Source: the human T2T-CHM13v2.0 reference genome, Homo sapiens
NCBI RefSeq assembly: GCF_009914755.1
Contig: NC_060927.1
Strand: one strand, 5' to 3'
Length of the DNA: 64,000 bases
Positions 11,881 through 25,690 of this stretch are shown here, one piece after another. The position numbers were made by a program, and so were the translations under genes. Position 1 is the stretch's first letter. Every line of letters starts with the position of its first letter. The notes beneath the pieces are model-generated. The model made no database searches. It was not told the DNA's origin and saw only the letters and a program-made list of their open reading frames with translations.

Positions 11881-14407
11881 TCACCTGCTGGATCTTCCAA
11901 CACAATATTCTTCATTAATAGAAAGTTTTTTCACTGGTGGCATGGGCTGCAGGGTCAGAGTTTCTTCATTTCCATTCTAAGTCATTTTATCAGAGTCAAA
12001 ATCAGTTACTTAAAATTAAAGGATAAAAGATGAACCCTTTTAGATTCTTGTAGGTAGAGCAATCACATAATTTATCCTGGAAACCAGAACACTGAGAATA
12101 AAAAAGGCAATAATAAAACCTATCCCATAAAAAGTAGCCATAAACTAGGATTATCCTAAGCAAGCAAGGACATATGGTCACCTGACTTGTACATGGCATA
12201 TATTTTTAAAAACCTGGATAAGATATTTTTCAAAACCTAATACAGTTTACTATACCTAAACATTGTACCAGTATTGTTCAATCTAAAAAAATTGGTAAGG
12301 AGTAAGTCCTATGAGTATCCAGATATGTCCAGTTGGTCAATGTAAGGCAAAGTTCCTTCAATGTACAATGGTCTTTTACAACTATTGTTAATTACCTACT
12401 CGTTTCTCCATCTAGTTAGACATCATTATGCCACCCCTGTGTAAGCCTGTGCATGACCAAGAGTACTCTTTATTTTGTACTTTTAGTAACTGTCTTTATT
12501 CAAAACTTGGAAATTTTTTGTTGTAAAAAAATATATATACCAGGAAGCAAACAGCAACTTTTTCACTTGCAATTACATTAATCATGGTCTATTTAAAGCA
12601 AGAGCAGTGACTGGTATTAGGTATTTTTGTGAACTATGGTTCGTATTCTGGAATATTAACATAATACCAATCCTCTGCTGCCTAATGGCCCCTGACTCTG
12701 ACATAATCACTCTAGCGCAGGCTTCTAAACCCCTATCAATAAATTCTAGCTATCTTTAGCTAAAGTGATGTCATGGCCTTGCTCTCTCAGGCAGATTTGA
12801 TGCTTATTTCTCAAAGTTTGACTTCTTTGAAAAACAGATTTTTCTCCCAGTAGTGTGGAACCTACCAGAATCCTGCAGCCAAATATTGGTTCTTTGGTCA
12901 GGCACTTCAAATTTTCACTTTACAAAATATACATAACACCAATAAAATTTAATTAAAATCAAGGTTTTCCTGTAACTTTAATCTGAAATTATAAAAGGAA
13001 ACTGAATTACAATAAAGCCCACAATATTTGAAAATGTGTTCTAAAGCCAAGATAGCCAACTGCATACAGCCAGGAAGAGCATCTTCCACCAAGAGACCGG
13101 AAAGTCAAGAAGACTGGCACACTTGGAGCAGATCTTTGGAAGGGGGCCATTGAGAGTGGATGGGGAGAGAATGCAGACCCTGGGCTGAAGGAGAAGGAAA
13201 CTGGGAACCCTGTATGGGGCTGCTGAGCAACAGGACTCATTTGTGGCTCCCAGTGACTCCTGGGCAAGAAGTGAGTTAAATAGGGGTGGCTGCCTCTTGC
13301 CACGCACCTCCAGAATCCTGCCTCCAGAATCCTAACTGCATGAGACTCCATGATCCCCAAGGACATTTAAGGTGACAGAGAGAGCTGTTTAGAGAAGTAG
13401 CAGGGACAGGATTCCAGCCTGCGCTGAGCCCCGATGGTTTCGTGTGGGAAGGGCTGCAGTGGAGCATGGACAGGACACCCATCCCCCAAGGCTTACCATG
13501 CTCCTCTAGGTGTCTTTGGACCTTGTTGACTGTCAGACCTGGAGAGAGCAGGGCGGTCTGGCCCTGAGATAGGGACAGTCAGATCTGCGAGTACCCCTGT
13601 CTGCTGCTCTCTCCCAGTGTCCCTCCCTGGACACATATGCTTGCAGTGCAACCTCAGATGCCCAATCAAGATGCTTCCCAGTGGCTACCACCATAGCTCC
13701 TTCAGTGAAAGATGACACCTAACCCTTCAAGAGCTTCTGCAGATGGTCCCCAACCTATTTGTACCCACTGACTCACAACCGATTCGCACCACAGCCTCCA
13801 CCCACATCTTTGCCATCATGTACTCACTGACAGCCCACACTGATTTGCTAGTGTTTATGCATGGGTGGACCTCACCACCTTTCCTCCACCAGCACACATG
13901 CTCCTACCACGAACAGAACTAGCAGACACTGCCACCTCACCTCTGCTGGTGCACACACACACCTGTGGAAACTGCCTCCCTGCCCCTACAAATGCCCTGC
14001 CACTGACAATGTGCATGCACCCCATCATGCTGCCACTGCTGCTAGTAGGTGTGCACAAGTGTAGACCCCAATGCCACTACCTCAGTTAAGGGCTTCGGCC
14101 TACACCCCTAATTGGAGTGTTGTTGTCAGTAGACTGCAAACAATTTGTCCCCATCCAGCACAACATGTACTTAACTTCAGGGACCAGAGAGCAAAGTCTT
14201 GGGCTTGATACCAGGCCCCCAGGTTAGAGCATGCAATCCAGCAGTGCTTAGCTAAGCCTTGGCTCCCTGAAAACTTCCAGAAATGAAGCCAGTTGAATGA
14301 ATTCACCTTATACAACAGTCAAACCCTCAAGAACATCAAAGAATATAAAAGCAAAAAGCCACAAAGGACAGAAGCTTCAAAGACTAAAGGAACATCAGCA
14401 CAGATAG

Positions 14408-15412
14408 ATGAGAAATGACCAGTATGAGAATTCTGGCAACTCAAAAAGCCAGAGTATCTTCTTACCTCCAAACAACAACACTAGTTTCTTAGCAATGGCT
14501 TTTAACCAGACTGAAATGGCTGAAATAACAGACATAAAATTCAAAATCTGGATTGGAACAAAGATCATCAATATTCAGGAGAAAGTCAAAACCCAATTCA
14601 AACAACCTAAGGAATCCAATAAAATAGCACAAGAGCTGAAAGATGAAACAATTGTTAAGAAAGACAATCTGAGCAGATAGAGGTGAAAAACTCACTGCAA
14701 GAATTTCACAATACAATCAGAAGTATCAATAGCAGAATCCTCCAACCTCAAGAAAGAATCTCAGAGCCCAAAGACCCGTTCTCCAAAATTACTGTCAGAC
14801 AAAAAATAAAGAAAAAAAAATTAAAAAGAACAACCAAAACTTCTGAGAAATATGGGATAATGTAAAGAGAACAAACCTATAACTCATTAGTGTCCCTGAA
14901 AGAAAGGGAGAGAAAGCAACTTGGAAATAATATCTGAGAATATCATCTATGAAAATTTCCTCAAGCTTGCTTGAGAAATTGACATTCAAACTTAGAAAAT
15001 ACAGAGAACTCCTGTGAGATACTATACAAGATGACCATCCCCAAGACACATAGAAATCAGAATCTCCAAAGTCAATGTGAAAGACAATATATTAAAGGTA
15101 GCTAGAAAGAAAGGGCAGGGCACCTACAAATGGAACCCTATTTAGCTAATAGCATACCTTTTTGTAGAAACCCTACAAGTCAGAAAATACTAGGCACCTA
15201 TACTTAACATTATTTAAAAAAAAGAAATTTCAACCAAAAATTAAAATTCAACCAAACTAACCTTCCTAAACAAAGGAGAAATGAGATCCTTTTCAGACAA
15301 GCAAATGTTAAGGGAGTTTGTTACCACTAGACATGCCTTCCTAGAGGTCCTTATGGGAGTGATACATGTGGAAATGAAAGACCATTACTGGCCACAACAA
15401 AAACACACTTAA
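14408..15412 (+). pseudogene. Disrupted L1 ORF1p
   Basis: Peptides MRNDQYENSGNSKSQSIFLPPN and KNSLQEFHNTIRSINSRI match L1 ORF1. Broken by stops and frameshifts. Confidence 0.85.
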
Positions 15413-16923
15413 GTAAGTAAATGATTGACACTGAAGCAAAGGCGGAAACAAGTCTGCATAACAATCAGCTAACAACACAATCATGGGATCAAATCTACAC
15501 ATATGAATATTAATCTTGAACATAAACAGGCTAAATGCCCCACTTAAAATGCATAGAGTGGCAAATGGGATAAAGAAGCAAGATCCAACTGTATGATGTC
15601 ATCAAGAAACTCATCTCACATGCAATCACACCCTTAGGCTAAAGTAAAGGGATAGCGAAAAATCTACCAAGCAAATGGAAAACAAAAAAGAGGAGGGTTG
15701 CTATTCTAATTTCAGATTAAACAGACTTTAAACCAACAATGATCAAAAAAGACAATGAAGGGCATTACATAATGATAATGGGTTCAATTAAAAAAAAAAG
15801 ACTTAGCTATTCTAAATATATATGCATCCAACACTGGAGCACAAGGTTTATAAAGCAAGTTTTTAGAGGCCTATGAAGAGACTTAGATAATCACACAATA
15901 ATAGTAGGAGACTTCAACACCCCACTGACATTACTGGACATATTATTGAGTCAGAATTATAACAGAGATATTTGGGACCTAAACTCAACACTTGACTAAA
16001 CGGACTTAGCAGACATCTATAGAACACTTCGCCCAATCAAAATAGACTATACATTCTTTCCATCTGCACACAGCACGTAATCTAAAATTGAACACATACT
16101 CACTCATAAAGCAATTCTCAACACATTTTAAAAAGCAAAATCAAACCAACCACATTATCAGACCACCATGCAATAAAAATAGGACTCAATACCAAGAAGA
16201 TATTTCAAAATAATACAATTACATAGAAATGAAACAACCTGCTCCTGAACGATTTTGGGGCAAGTAATGAATTAAGGCAAAATCAAAAATGTCTTTGAAA
16301 CCAATGCAAACAAAGATACAATATACCAGAATCTCTAAAACACAGCTAAAACAGTGTTAAGAGTAAAGTTGATGGTGCTAAAAACCTACATCAAAAAGCT
16401 GGAAAGATTTCAAATTAATAACCTAACATCTCACCAGAGGAAAGTGAGAACCAAGCCCAAAGATAGCAGAAGAAAAGAGATAACTAAAATCAGAGTTGAA
16501 CTGAATGAAGTTGATGCAATAAACCATACAAAAGATCAACAAAACCAAATGTTTTTATTTGAAAGAATAAGATTGATAAGAACGCAATAAACACAATCTG
16601 AAATAAGAAAGGAGATATTACTGCTGACCACACAGAAATATAAATAACCAACTGTCAAAGACTATTATGGAAACCTCTATCCACACAAACTAAAAAACCT
16701 AGAAGAAGTGAATAAATTCCTGGAAACAACCTCCAAAGATTGAACCAGAAAGAAATTGAATTCCTTAACACACCAATAATGAGTTCTGAAATTGAATCAG
16801 TAAAGAAAAGGCTAACAACCAGAAAAAGTCCTGGAACAGATTCACAGCGGAATCCTACCAGACATATAAGGAAGAGCTGATACCAATCCTGATGAAACTA
16901 TTCCAAAAAAAATTGAAGAGGAG

Positions 16924-17833
16924 TATCTGTTCATATCCTTCACCCACTTTTTGATGGGGTTGTTTGTTTTCTTCTTGTACATTTGTTTAAGTTCTTTGTG
17001 GATTCTAGATATTAGCCCTTTGTCAGATGGATATATTGCAAAAATTTTCTCCCATTATGCAGCCAACAAACATATGAAAAAAAGCTCATCATCGTTAGAG
17101 AAATGCAGGTCAAAACCACAATAAGACACCATCTCATACCAGAATGGTATGGCAATCATTCAAAAGTCAGGAAACAACAGATGCTGGGGAGGATGTGAAG
17201 AAATAGGAATGCTTTTAGACTGTTGATGGGAGTGTAAATTAGTTCAACCATTGTGGAAGACAGTGTGGCAATTCCTCAAGGATCTAGAACCAGAAATACC
17301 ATTTGACCCAGCCATCCCATTACTGCATATATACCCAAAGGATTATAAATCATTCTACTATAAAGACACATGCACAAGTATGTTTATTACAGCACCATTC
17401 ACAATAGCAAAGACTTGGAACCAACCCAAATGCCCATCAATGATAGACTGAATAAAGAAAATACTGCACATATACACCATGGAATACTATTGAGCCATAA
17501 AAAAGGATGAGTTCATGTTCTTTGTAGGGACATGGATGAAGCTGGAAACCATCATTCTCAGCAAACTAACACAGGAACAGAAAACCAAACACCGCATGTC
17601 ACTCATAAGTGGGAGTTGAACAATGAGAACACATGGACACAGGGAGGGGAACACCACACATCCTGGCCTGTCAGGGGCCGGGGGTTAGGGAAGGGATAGC
17701 ATTAGGAGAAATACCTAATGTAGATGACGGGTTGATGAGTGCAGCAAACCACCACGGCACGTGTATACCTATGTAACAAACCTGCACTTTCTGCACATAT
17801 ATCCCAGAACTTAAAGTATAATAATAAAAAAAA
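16924..17833 (+). mobile_element. 5'-truncated, 5'-inverted L1PA7-like element nested in L1PA16 ORF2
   Basis: Inverted segment 16924-17056, sense segment 17057-17833 with L1PA7-type 3'UTR and A tail. TSD TTGAAGAGGAG at 16913-16923 and 17841-17851. Confidence 0.9.
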
Positions 17834-18105
17834 TATTTTTTTGAAGAGGAGGAACTTTTTCCTATCTCATTCTATGAGGCCCGCAACATTCTGGTACCAA
17901 ACTCTGGCAGAGACACAATAAAAAAATAAAATTTCAGGCCAATATTCTTGATGGACATTGATGCAAACATCCTCAACAAAATACTAGCAAGATGAATCTT
18001 GCAGCATATTAAAAAAGCTGATCCACCACGATCAAATAGCATTTATTCTTGGGATGCAAGTTTTGTTCAACATATACAAATCAACAAATGTGATTTATCA
18101 GGTAA

Positions 18106-18427
<322 letters not shown>

Positions 18428-21071
18428 AAAGCAACACAATCTTAATAGACAAAGAAAAGACTTTTGATAAAATTAAATATCTCTTCATGTTAAAACCCCC
18501 CAACAAATTAGGCATTGAAGGAACATACCTCAGAATAATAAGAGCCATCTATGACAAACCCACAGCCAACATCTAACTGAATGCGCAAAAACTGGAATCA
18601 CTTCCCTTGAAAACCAGAACAAGACACTGATGCCCACTCTCACCACTCCTATTCAATATAGTAGTGAAAGTCCTAGCCAGAGCAGTCAGGAAAGAGAAAG
18701 AAATAAAATGGATCCAAATAAGAAGAGAGGAAGTCAAACTATCTGTCTTTGCAGCTGTTGTAATTTTATTCCTGGAAAACCCCATAGTCCTGTCCCAAAA
18801 GCTCCTGTAACTGATAAACAACTTAAGCAGAGTTTCACAATAGAAAATCAACATACAAAAATTAGTAGCATTTCTATAGACTGAGAATGTCCAACCTGAC
18901 AACCAAATCATTCACAATAGCCACATAAAGAATAAAATACCTGGGAATATCATTAACGAGGGAGGTGAAAGGTCTTAAAAACACGAATTAAAAAAAACAC
19001 TGCTGCAAGAAATCAGAGATGACACAGACAAATGGAAAAACATTCTATGCTCATGGATAAAATCAATATTGTTAAAATGGTCATGCTGCCCAAAGCAATA
19101 TATATATTTAATGCTATTCCTATCAAGCTATCAAGAATGTTTTCCACAGAATTAGAAAAAAAATTCTAAAACTAATTTGACCAAAAAAGAGCCTGAATAG
19201 TAACAGCAATCTGAAGCAAAAAGAACAAAACTGGAAGCAATACAGTACTCAATTTCAAACTATACTTCAAATGTGTGGTAACTAAAACAAACAGCATGGT
19301 ACTCATACAAAAACAGATGCATAGGCCAATGGAAGAATTTCAAGTACTCAGAAATAAAGCTGCACACCTATAACCATCTGATGTTCAACAAAGCTGACAA
19401 AAACAAGCAATGGGGAAAGCACTCTCTATTCAATAAATGCTCCTGGGATAACTGGCTAGCCATATGCAGAAGATTGAAACCAGACCCCACCTTTCACCAT
19501 ATACAAAAAGAAACTCAAAATGAGTGAAAGACTTAAATGTAAACCTAAAACTATAAAAACCCTAGAAGAAAATCTGGGACACCAGCCCAGGCAAAGACTT
19601 CATAATGAAGACTCCAAAAGCAATTGCAACAAAAACAAAAATTGACTGATGGGACCTAATTAGACTGAAGAGTTTCTGCACAGCAAAAGAAACTTTCAGT
19701 AGAGTGAAATGACAACCTCCAATATGGGACGATATTTGCAAACTATGCATCCTACAAGGGTCTAATATTAAAACTCTACAAGAAACTCAAATCAACAAGC
19801 AAAAAACAATCTCATTGCAAAATGGGAAGAGAACATGAGCAGACATTTCTCAGAAGAAGCCATACATGTGATCAACAAGCATATGAAAAAATACTCAGTA
19901 TCACTTATGATTAGGGAAATGCGGATCAAAAGCACAATAAAATATCATCTCACACCAGTCAGAATGGCTACTACCAAAAAGTCCAAAAATAACACAAGCT
20001 GGCAAGGTTGTGGAGAAAAATGAATGTTTATACACTGCTGATGGGAAGGTAAATTAGTTTAGCCACTGTGAAAAGCAATCTGGAGATTTCTCAGAAATAG
20101 AACTATCACTTATACCAGCAATTCCATTACTAGGGATATACTCGAAAGAATACAAATCATTCTACTTTAAAGACGCATGCACTCGTATGTTCATCATAGT
20201 ACTATTCACCATAGTAAAGACATAGACTCAACCTAGATGCCCATTGGCAGTAATTGGATAAAGAAAATGTGGTACATATACACCATGGAATACTACAAAG
20301 CTGTTAAAAAAAAAAAGACATCATGGTCTTTGCAGCCACAGAGATTGAACTGGAGACATTAACCCTAAATGAATTAATGCAAGAACAGAAAACCAAATAC
20401 CACATTTTTACTTATAAGTGAGAGTTAAACATTGAGTACACATGGACACAACGAAGTGAACAATAAACACTGAGGCCTTCTTTAAGGTGGAGAGTGGAAG
20501 GGGGATAAGGCTTGCAAATCTACCTATCAGGTACTATGCTTATTACCTGAGTGATGAAATAATCTGTACAACAAACCCTTGTGACATGCAATTTACCTGC
20601 GCAAGTACCTCCTGAACCTAAAATAAAACTTGGGAAGAAAATAATGAAAATGTATTCTAACTATATTTTTAAAATCATGTGATTTTAGCCAGATATATTA
20701 ACAAAAATATTTCCATAAACCTATTTAATTAGAAAAGGCTAAGAAAGTAAAGGTCACAAACCAAGAATGCAATAATTTAAAAACTGGCATTAAGTTCAGG
20801 GTTTCGAATATCTGTTGCAAGCTTATGGAAGCTGATTTGGATGACACACTTTTTAATAAGCATGCCTATTACTGCCCTAAAGAGTACCTATAAAGAATAC
20901 ATTCAACTTTTATTATGAATTATTTAAATGTATCCCTGGGAATACTTTTGGGCTCCTTTGAACTCAAACTTTTGGGGTTTATTTTTAGAAAGTATTATCT
21001 ATTTGTAAGGATTGATATTTCATGACATTCTTTTTAAAACACTTCCCAATTAACAAAGAGAATTACATTTT

Positions 21072-22490
21072 TTAAATACTAAAACTCATTTCATCTTTCT
21101 GTTGCCCTGTTGTCATTTGGGCCCTTTTATAAATGAAAGATACATTATGGAAACTTGGTGATCCACTTTTCCTATATCTTGAAATATTTTGCCATTTCAT
21201 TACCTTGGATTATATCATTACTTATTCATTTTTATGAGTTATTCTAATAAAGATGAAAATAATAAAGAAAGGGAATACTGGGAGTATTCTCTCATAGGAT
21301 GACACAAGAGTGAAATAAATGATCAACTTCGAATTATTCTTCAAATTTTTACTATATTGTCCAACATATTTTAATATTCTTTGAAAAGGTCTAAGAGAAG
21401 TCTGGTGCCACTTTCTTTTTAGCATATTTGTTTGTTTATTTGTGTGTTTTAAGTTTTCATTGAAAATAGTTTTTTTTTTAAATTTCTACCTATAATGGCA
21501 CTGGGTAGAACACTGACAAAAGAATACATTTAAAGGTTATTAGACAAATGAGATGAATGCTGAGTAAGACAGTAGCACTCAAGAGTCTAATGATGATGGT
21601 GAAGTTGAAATTGAACTCTCAGACTATGTACCTTCAGACGACTGCAAATTACATGATTTTTTTCAGACTCCATGGTAAATTAGTTAACAATAATTTCTAA
21701 TCACAGGAAAATATGATTTTCTCATGCAGTGTTTCATTCAACAGAAAGTACTTCATCAGGCAGGTTTTAGAATAAGGACTTGATGTGTGCTTTTTAGCTT
21801 AAAGGACATGTGACAATATATTTCATTTTTTGGGATGTCTGTTTATCACAACGTACATACGTTTCATAAGTTAACAAAAGCTGAGGCTGATGTACATGCA
21901 ATGATGATTGAAAGGAAATTGATGAAATTGAAATGGAAAATAATTCATTGGCTTTGTTAATTCTAATTAGTGATCATAAATCTAAAAATTAAAATGTTTT
22001 ACAATTATGAAGCATAGTTGATCACCATTTTCTCTTTTAAAAATTAAAAGTTGTCAAAATATTCACAGGTCCTATATTTTGATAAATACAAGAAGAAAAA
22101 CAAGAGCAATGACAAACTAGAGCTCTTTGAGATACATTTAAAACTTGGAATCAGTATTTACAAGATTGGCATGTTCAATGTTAATGCATATGAGTTGGTG
22201 AATGGTTAGATGCATTCAAAGGATGTTGTGCATTTTGAGTATATACCTTCAAAATCGGAAAAAATATGAACTTGAAACCATTATTTGCTATGTTTAAAAT
22301 CTTATTAAAGTTTCTACAAAACCTGTTACCTCTTTTTCACTATACCTCTATACTTATATTTATAAGGTCTTCAAAATGAACTAAAATATATTTATTATTA
22401 AAATGAACTAAAATATATTTATTATAAATTATTAAATTGAACTCAGAGGGTAAGCGATGATGATTAATTATTCCGGCATACTAGTGTTAC
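21072..22490 (+). mobile_element. piggyBac-superfamily DNA transposon fossil (Looper-like)
   Basis: Decayed translation D*KEIDEIEM..FIG.LLILISDHKSKN*NVLQL*S (~21906-22012) and VGEWLDAFKGCCAF*VY/PSKSEK (22194-22263), matching the piggyBac DE.L..F.GRC.F..YIPSKP.KYG motif. Ends are approximate (TTAA-like at 21072, CTAGTGTTAC at 22481-22490). Confidence 0.8.
22373..22425. repeat. 27-bp tandem duplication
   Basis: AAAATGAACTAAAATATATTTATTAT occurs at 22373 and 22400. Confidence 0.9.
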
Positions 22491-23039
22491 CTTGGTTTAA
22501 GCAGGCCCATAATGCTTGAGCATGTACGTTTTTGATGATAAATCTCTGTAATTTTTATTCTCCTGCTTTTCTCTCCCTCTCCCAGAAAATATTAAATAAG
22601 AAAACATGATTATAATGCTCAGGCACTGTGGATTGTGTGTACTAGTATATTTTGAGAGTTTAAATAATGTGACAGGGCATTCACTGTACAGACTTAGTAA
22701 CTTGAAAGGGGCAGGAAATTCCTCTTTGGTGAATTAATCAATTATTGAATATTTGCATCATTTAGTGTGATTGTGATTATGGCAGTGAATAAGGCTAAAA
22801 TGTTTGGCATTGATATATGTATATATAGTAAAGTCTTGAGATATATGTGAGTAGCAATATTTGGGTTAGCTAACTCAATCTGAGTCTGAACTAACACATA
22901 CCTTGCAGTATGCAGTCTATAGCTCTCATTCTTTTCATTCTTACAGCAAGAACAGCTTTTGAGAGAAGCTGCTTACGTAAGGGTCCATTAAACATTCTGG
23001 CAGGATTTACTATGAAATGAAGACACCATAGGAAAATGG

Positions 23040-23190
23040 GAAACTGGATTTTTATTTTTTTCACTCTACCAGTAGTGATATGTGTGAACAAATCAATCCC
23101 TCTCTCTCTTTTTCCTTTTTTTGGTCATCTGTAAGATGAAGGACTGTAATATGACCTCTAAATTCCCTTCCATCTCAGATATCTCTATAT
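23040..23190 (+). mobile_element. MIR3-like SINE
   Basis: TCATCTGTAAGATGAAGG...ATGACCTCTAAATTCCCTTCCATCTC matches the MIR3 3' portion. Confidence 0.65.
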
Positions 23191-25539
23191 CAATATCTTA
23201 GATGACGTTTGGACCACCCAGTGATTCAGTTTGGATTCCCATTCCTTTCTGGTTCAAATCTGACCTAAATGGTACTTAATAATTACAGAAATCCCTGGAG
23301 TTGGCTGCTCTACAACTTGAGCAGCTTCTCTCATACTTTCTCTATTCCAATTCCTTTCACTTTTCTTTCTATGAAATGACTGATTAATGTGAGTCTTTTC
23401 CCTTAATGTGTACAAATAGAACGAAATCAGATCGGTTCACTACTATAACTCTAGAGGCTAGTACAACTTCAAGCATACAATGAAGATAATAAATATTGAT
23501 CAAATAAAGAACATGATTTAAGGAACAAATAAATGTAGCAAGAGAATATTTGACCTTTTATTTTATCTTGTTTTCTTCTGTGCCAGGGGAAAAAAAAGTT
23601 TCCAGAAATTCAGGTAGCACAGTAAAATATCAACTTCTAGGGATTTTTGACAACTTATAAATATTATTCCCTTTTCACTGCAAACTAAATCTATTTCTCA
23701 TGCTTGCTTGCTTGCTTGCTTTCATACCCACACACAAACAATCGGATTTTCTTGATTTCCGACTCCAATAGAATCAGGTCAGCAGTGAGGATGGAGGCAA
23801 TAAATCTCTTTATCACTGTTTACTTTTATGGAACTGACACCTCTTAAAATATTTTTCCTGACTTTGGTGCTTTTTTATGACTGATTAGGCAGTAGGGCAC
23901 GACAGTCAATTGAATCTCCCTGAGTCTAATATTAAAAGCAAAAAAAGGAAAGACCTGAGGGGCAACAGAATAAGTGAAAAGTACTAAAGAAGGTCCAATA
24001 ATTCCTTTCCAAAAAATCAGAAATTGCATATAAGTGTTAGCTTTTCTGTCTGCCCAAGTGACTGTTGTTGTGGCTCTGACCTTCTCTGTTTTTCATCAAG
24101 ACAGCATTCCACTGTTTCAGGTTAGTAAGAGATTCAGTTCCTAAGAATTGATTGTTGATAAACGTCTTACAAAGTAAAATGTATGTATCTAATGCCAAGT
24201 AGGAAAGAAAACATTTCTCCATTGTGGTGGAATAGACAAGTTATCTAAGATAATGGAAAGTGTAGAACAAAAATGTAAGCTCCAGAAAACTTTATTTGTG
24301 TTTATGGGTAAAAAGTTTTTTATTTGGGCATACTGACATTAGCCAAAATGAATCATGAGTAAAACTTGCAACATTAAACTACAGAAGAATATCACAAGTA
24401 CTGTTTCTTTCAACTCTTGGTAAGAATATAGATGACACCAAGGACAGTAATTGAAGTTATATCCACATGCTTGAAGACGTAATTAAAATTTAAAAAGCCA
24501 AACAGAGATTTTTGCTAAAGCATCATGTCACTTAGCTATCTTTTAATAAATAATTTCCCAAGTAGCTTTATTTAAATCCCTTGGGCAATATGAGGAACAA
24601 AACCAAAACAAAACAATACAAAAGCCAACAACAACAATGAAAACTCCACTTCTCCCACAATAAAATAAATATCCTCTCTTATCTTAAGAGCCAGTTAATG
24701 TTTGTGCAATAATATAAATACTGTGTAGTATAAGAAAGCATGTCATGTCTTACTGGAAGACAATATCTAAGAGCTTCTAATTTCTTCTCCTATTCATGCA
24801 GTCCTTTACTCTGCAACTCGTAGAGAGGGCTTACGTTGGAGGGTCTTACAACACACAATAGCTTCTTGTTTATTTGCCCTTAAATGCCCAAAAAGGCTTA
24901 GAGAAGAATTATTAAATTTCAATTTCTGTGATTTTACAGCAACAGCTTTCCAGAAATAACCAGTAGATAACATGAAGAGAGGTCATCAAGAAACATGACT
25001 GCAGGATGAAAACAAAAATTAATTAGTCTTTTATTTTTATTCTATAAGATTTTCAAAATTGAAAAATTTACACAGTTTACATTTACTTGAAGAACTGCAA
25101 AGGTTAAAAACATAAAAGATTCCATGTAAACATAGTCAAAACAAAATACAACAATAGCTCTCTAGGTTTGTCATTCTACTTAGTTTTAGACAGATTGTCA
25201 TAGAAATGGGTCTAGCTGGTAGAATGTCTTCACGCTCAGTTATTTTGATAGATATTTAATATTTGATAATTCCCACAGTAATGAGAATTTGATGATGAAA
25301 ATTGTGAGTATTTTTCTGATGTTTGAGCCACTTACCTCTGGGTCAATTTTGTGATATGGCTCCATAATTGGTATAGAAATACGTAAAGGAAGAATTTTGC
25401 ATAGAGGACCTCAGGATGGAAGTGGTCCATGAAGACACATCCAGGCTTATGTTTGTCCTTCTTTGTGCTCAGCGATGCTTTTGGGTGGAACTTAAATCAT
25501 CTCAAGGATCCCAGTATGTACTGTATTCTGATTTGCTTT

Positions 25540-25690
25540 GACATAGATTCAATTCCCTACTTTTCCACCAGAAACCTTGAACCAAGTTTTTAATCTCATA
25601 AACCTTGCTTAATTCACAAATAAAAAGAGAGATTTAGAATGGAGAATCTTCACTTTCACTTTCTGTTCCAAAAATTATTAGATTCTTTGA
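25540..25690 (+). mobile_element. MIR3-like SINE (very degenerate)
   Basis: Weak match to the MIR core and MIR3 tail. Confidence 0.4.
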
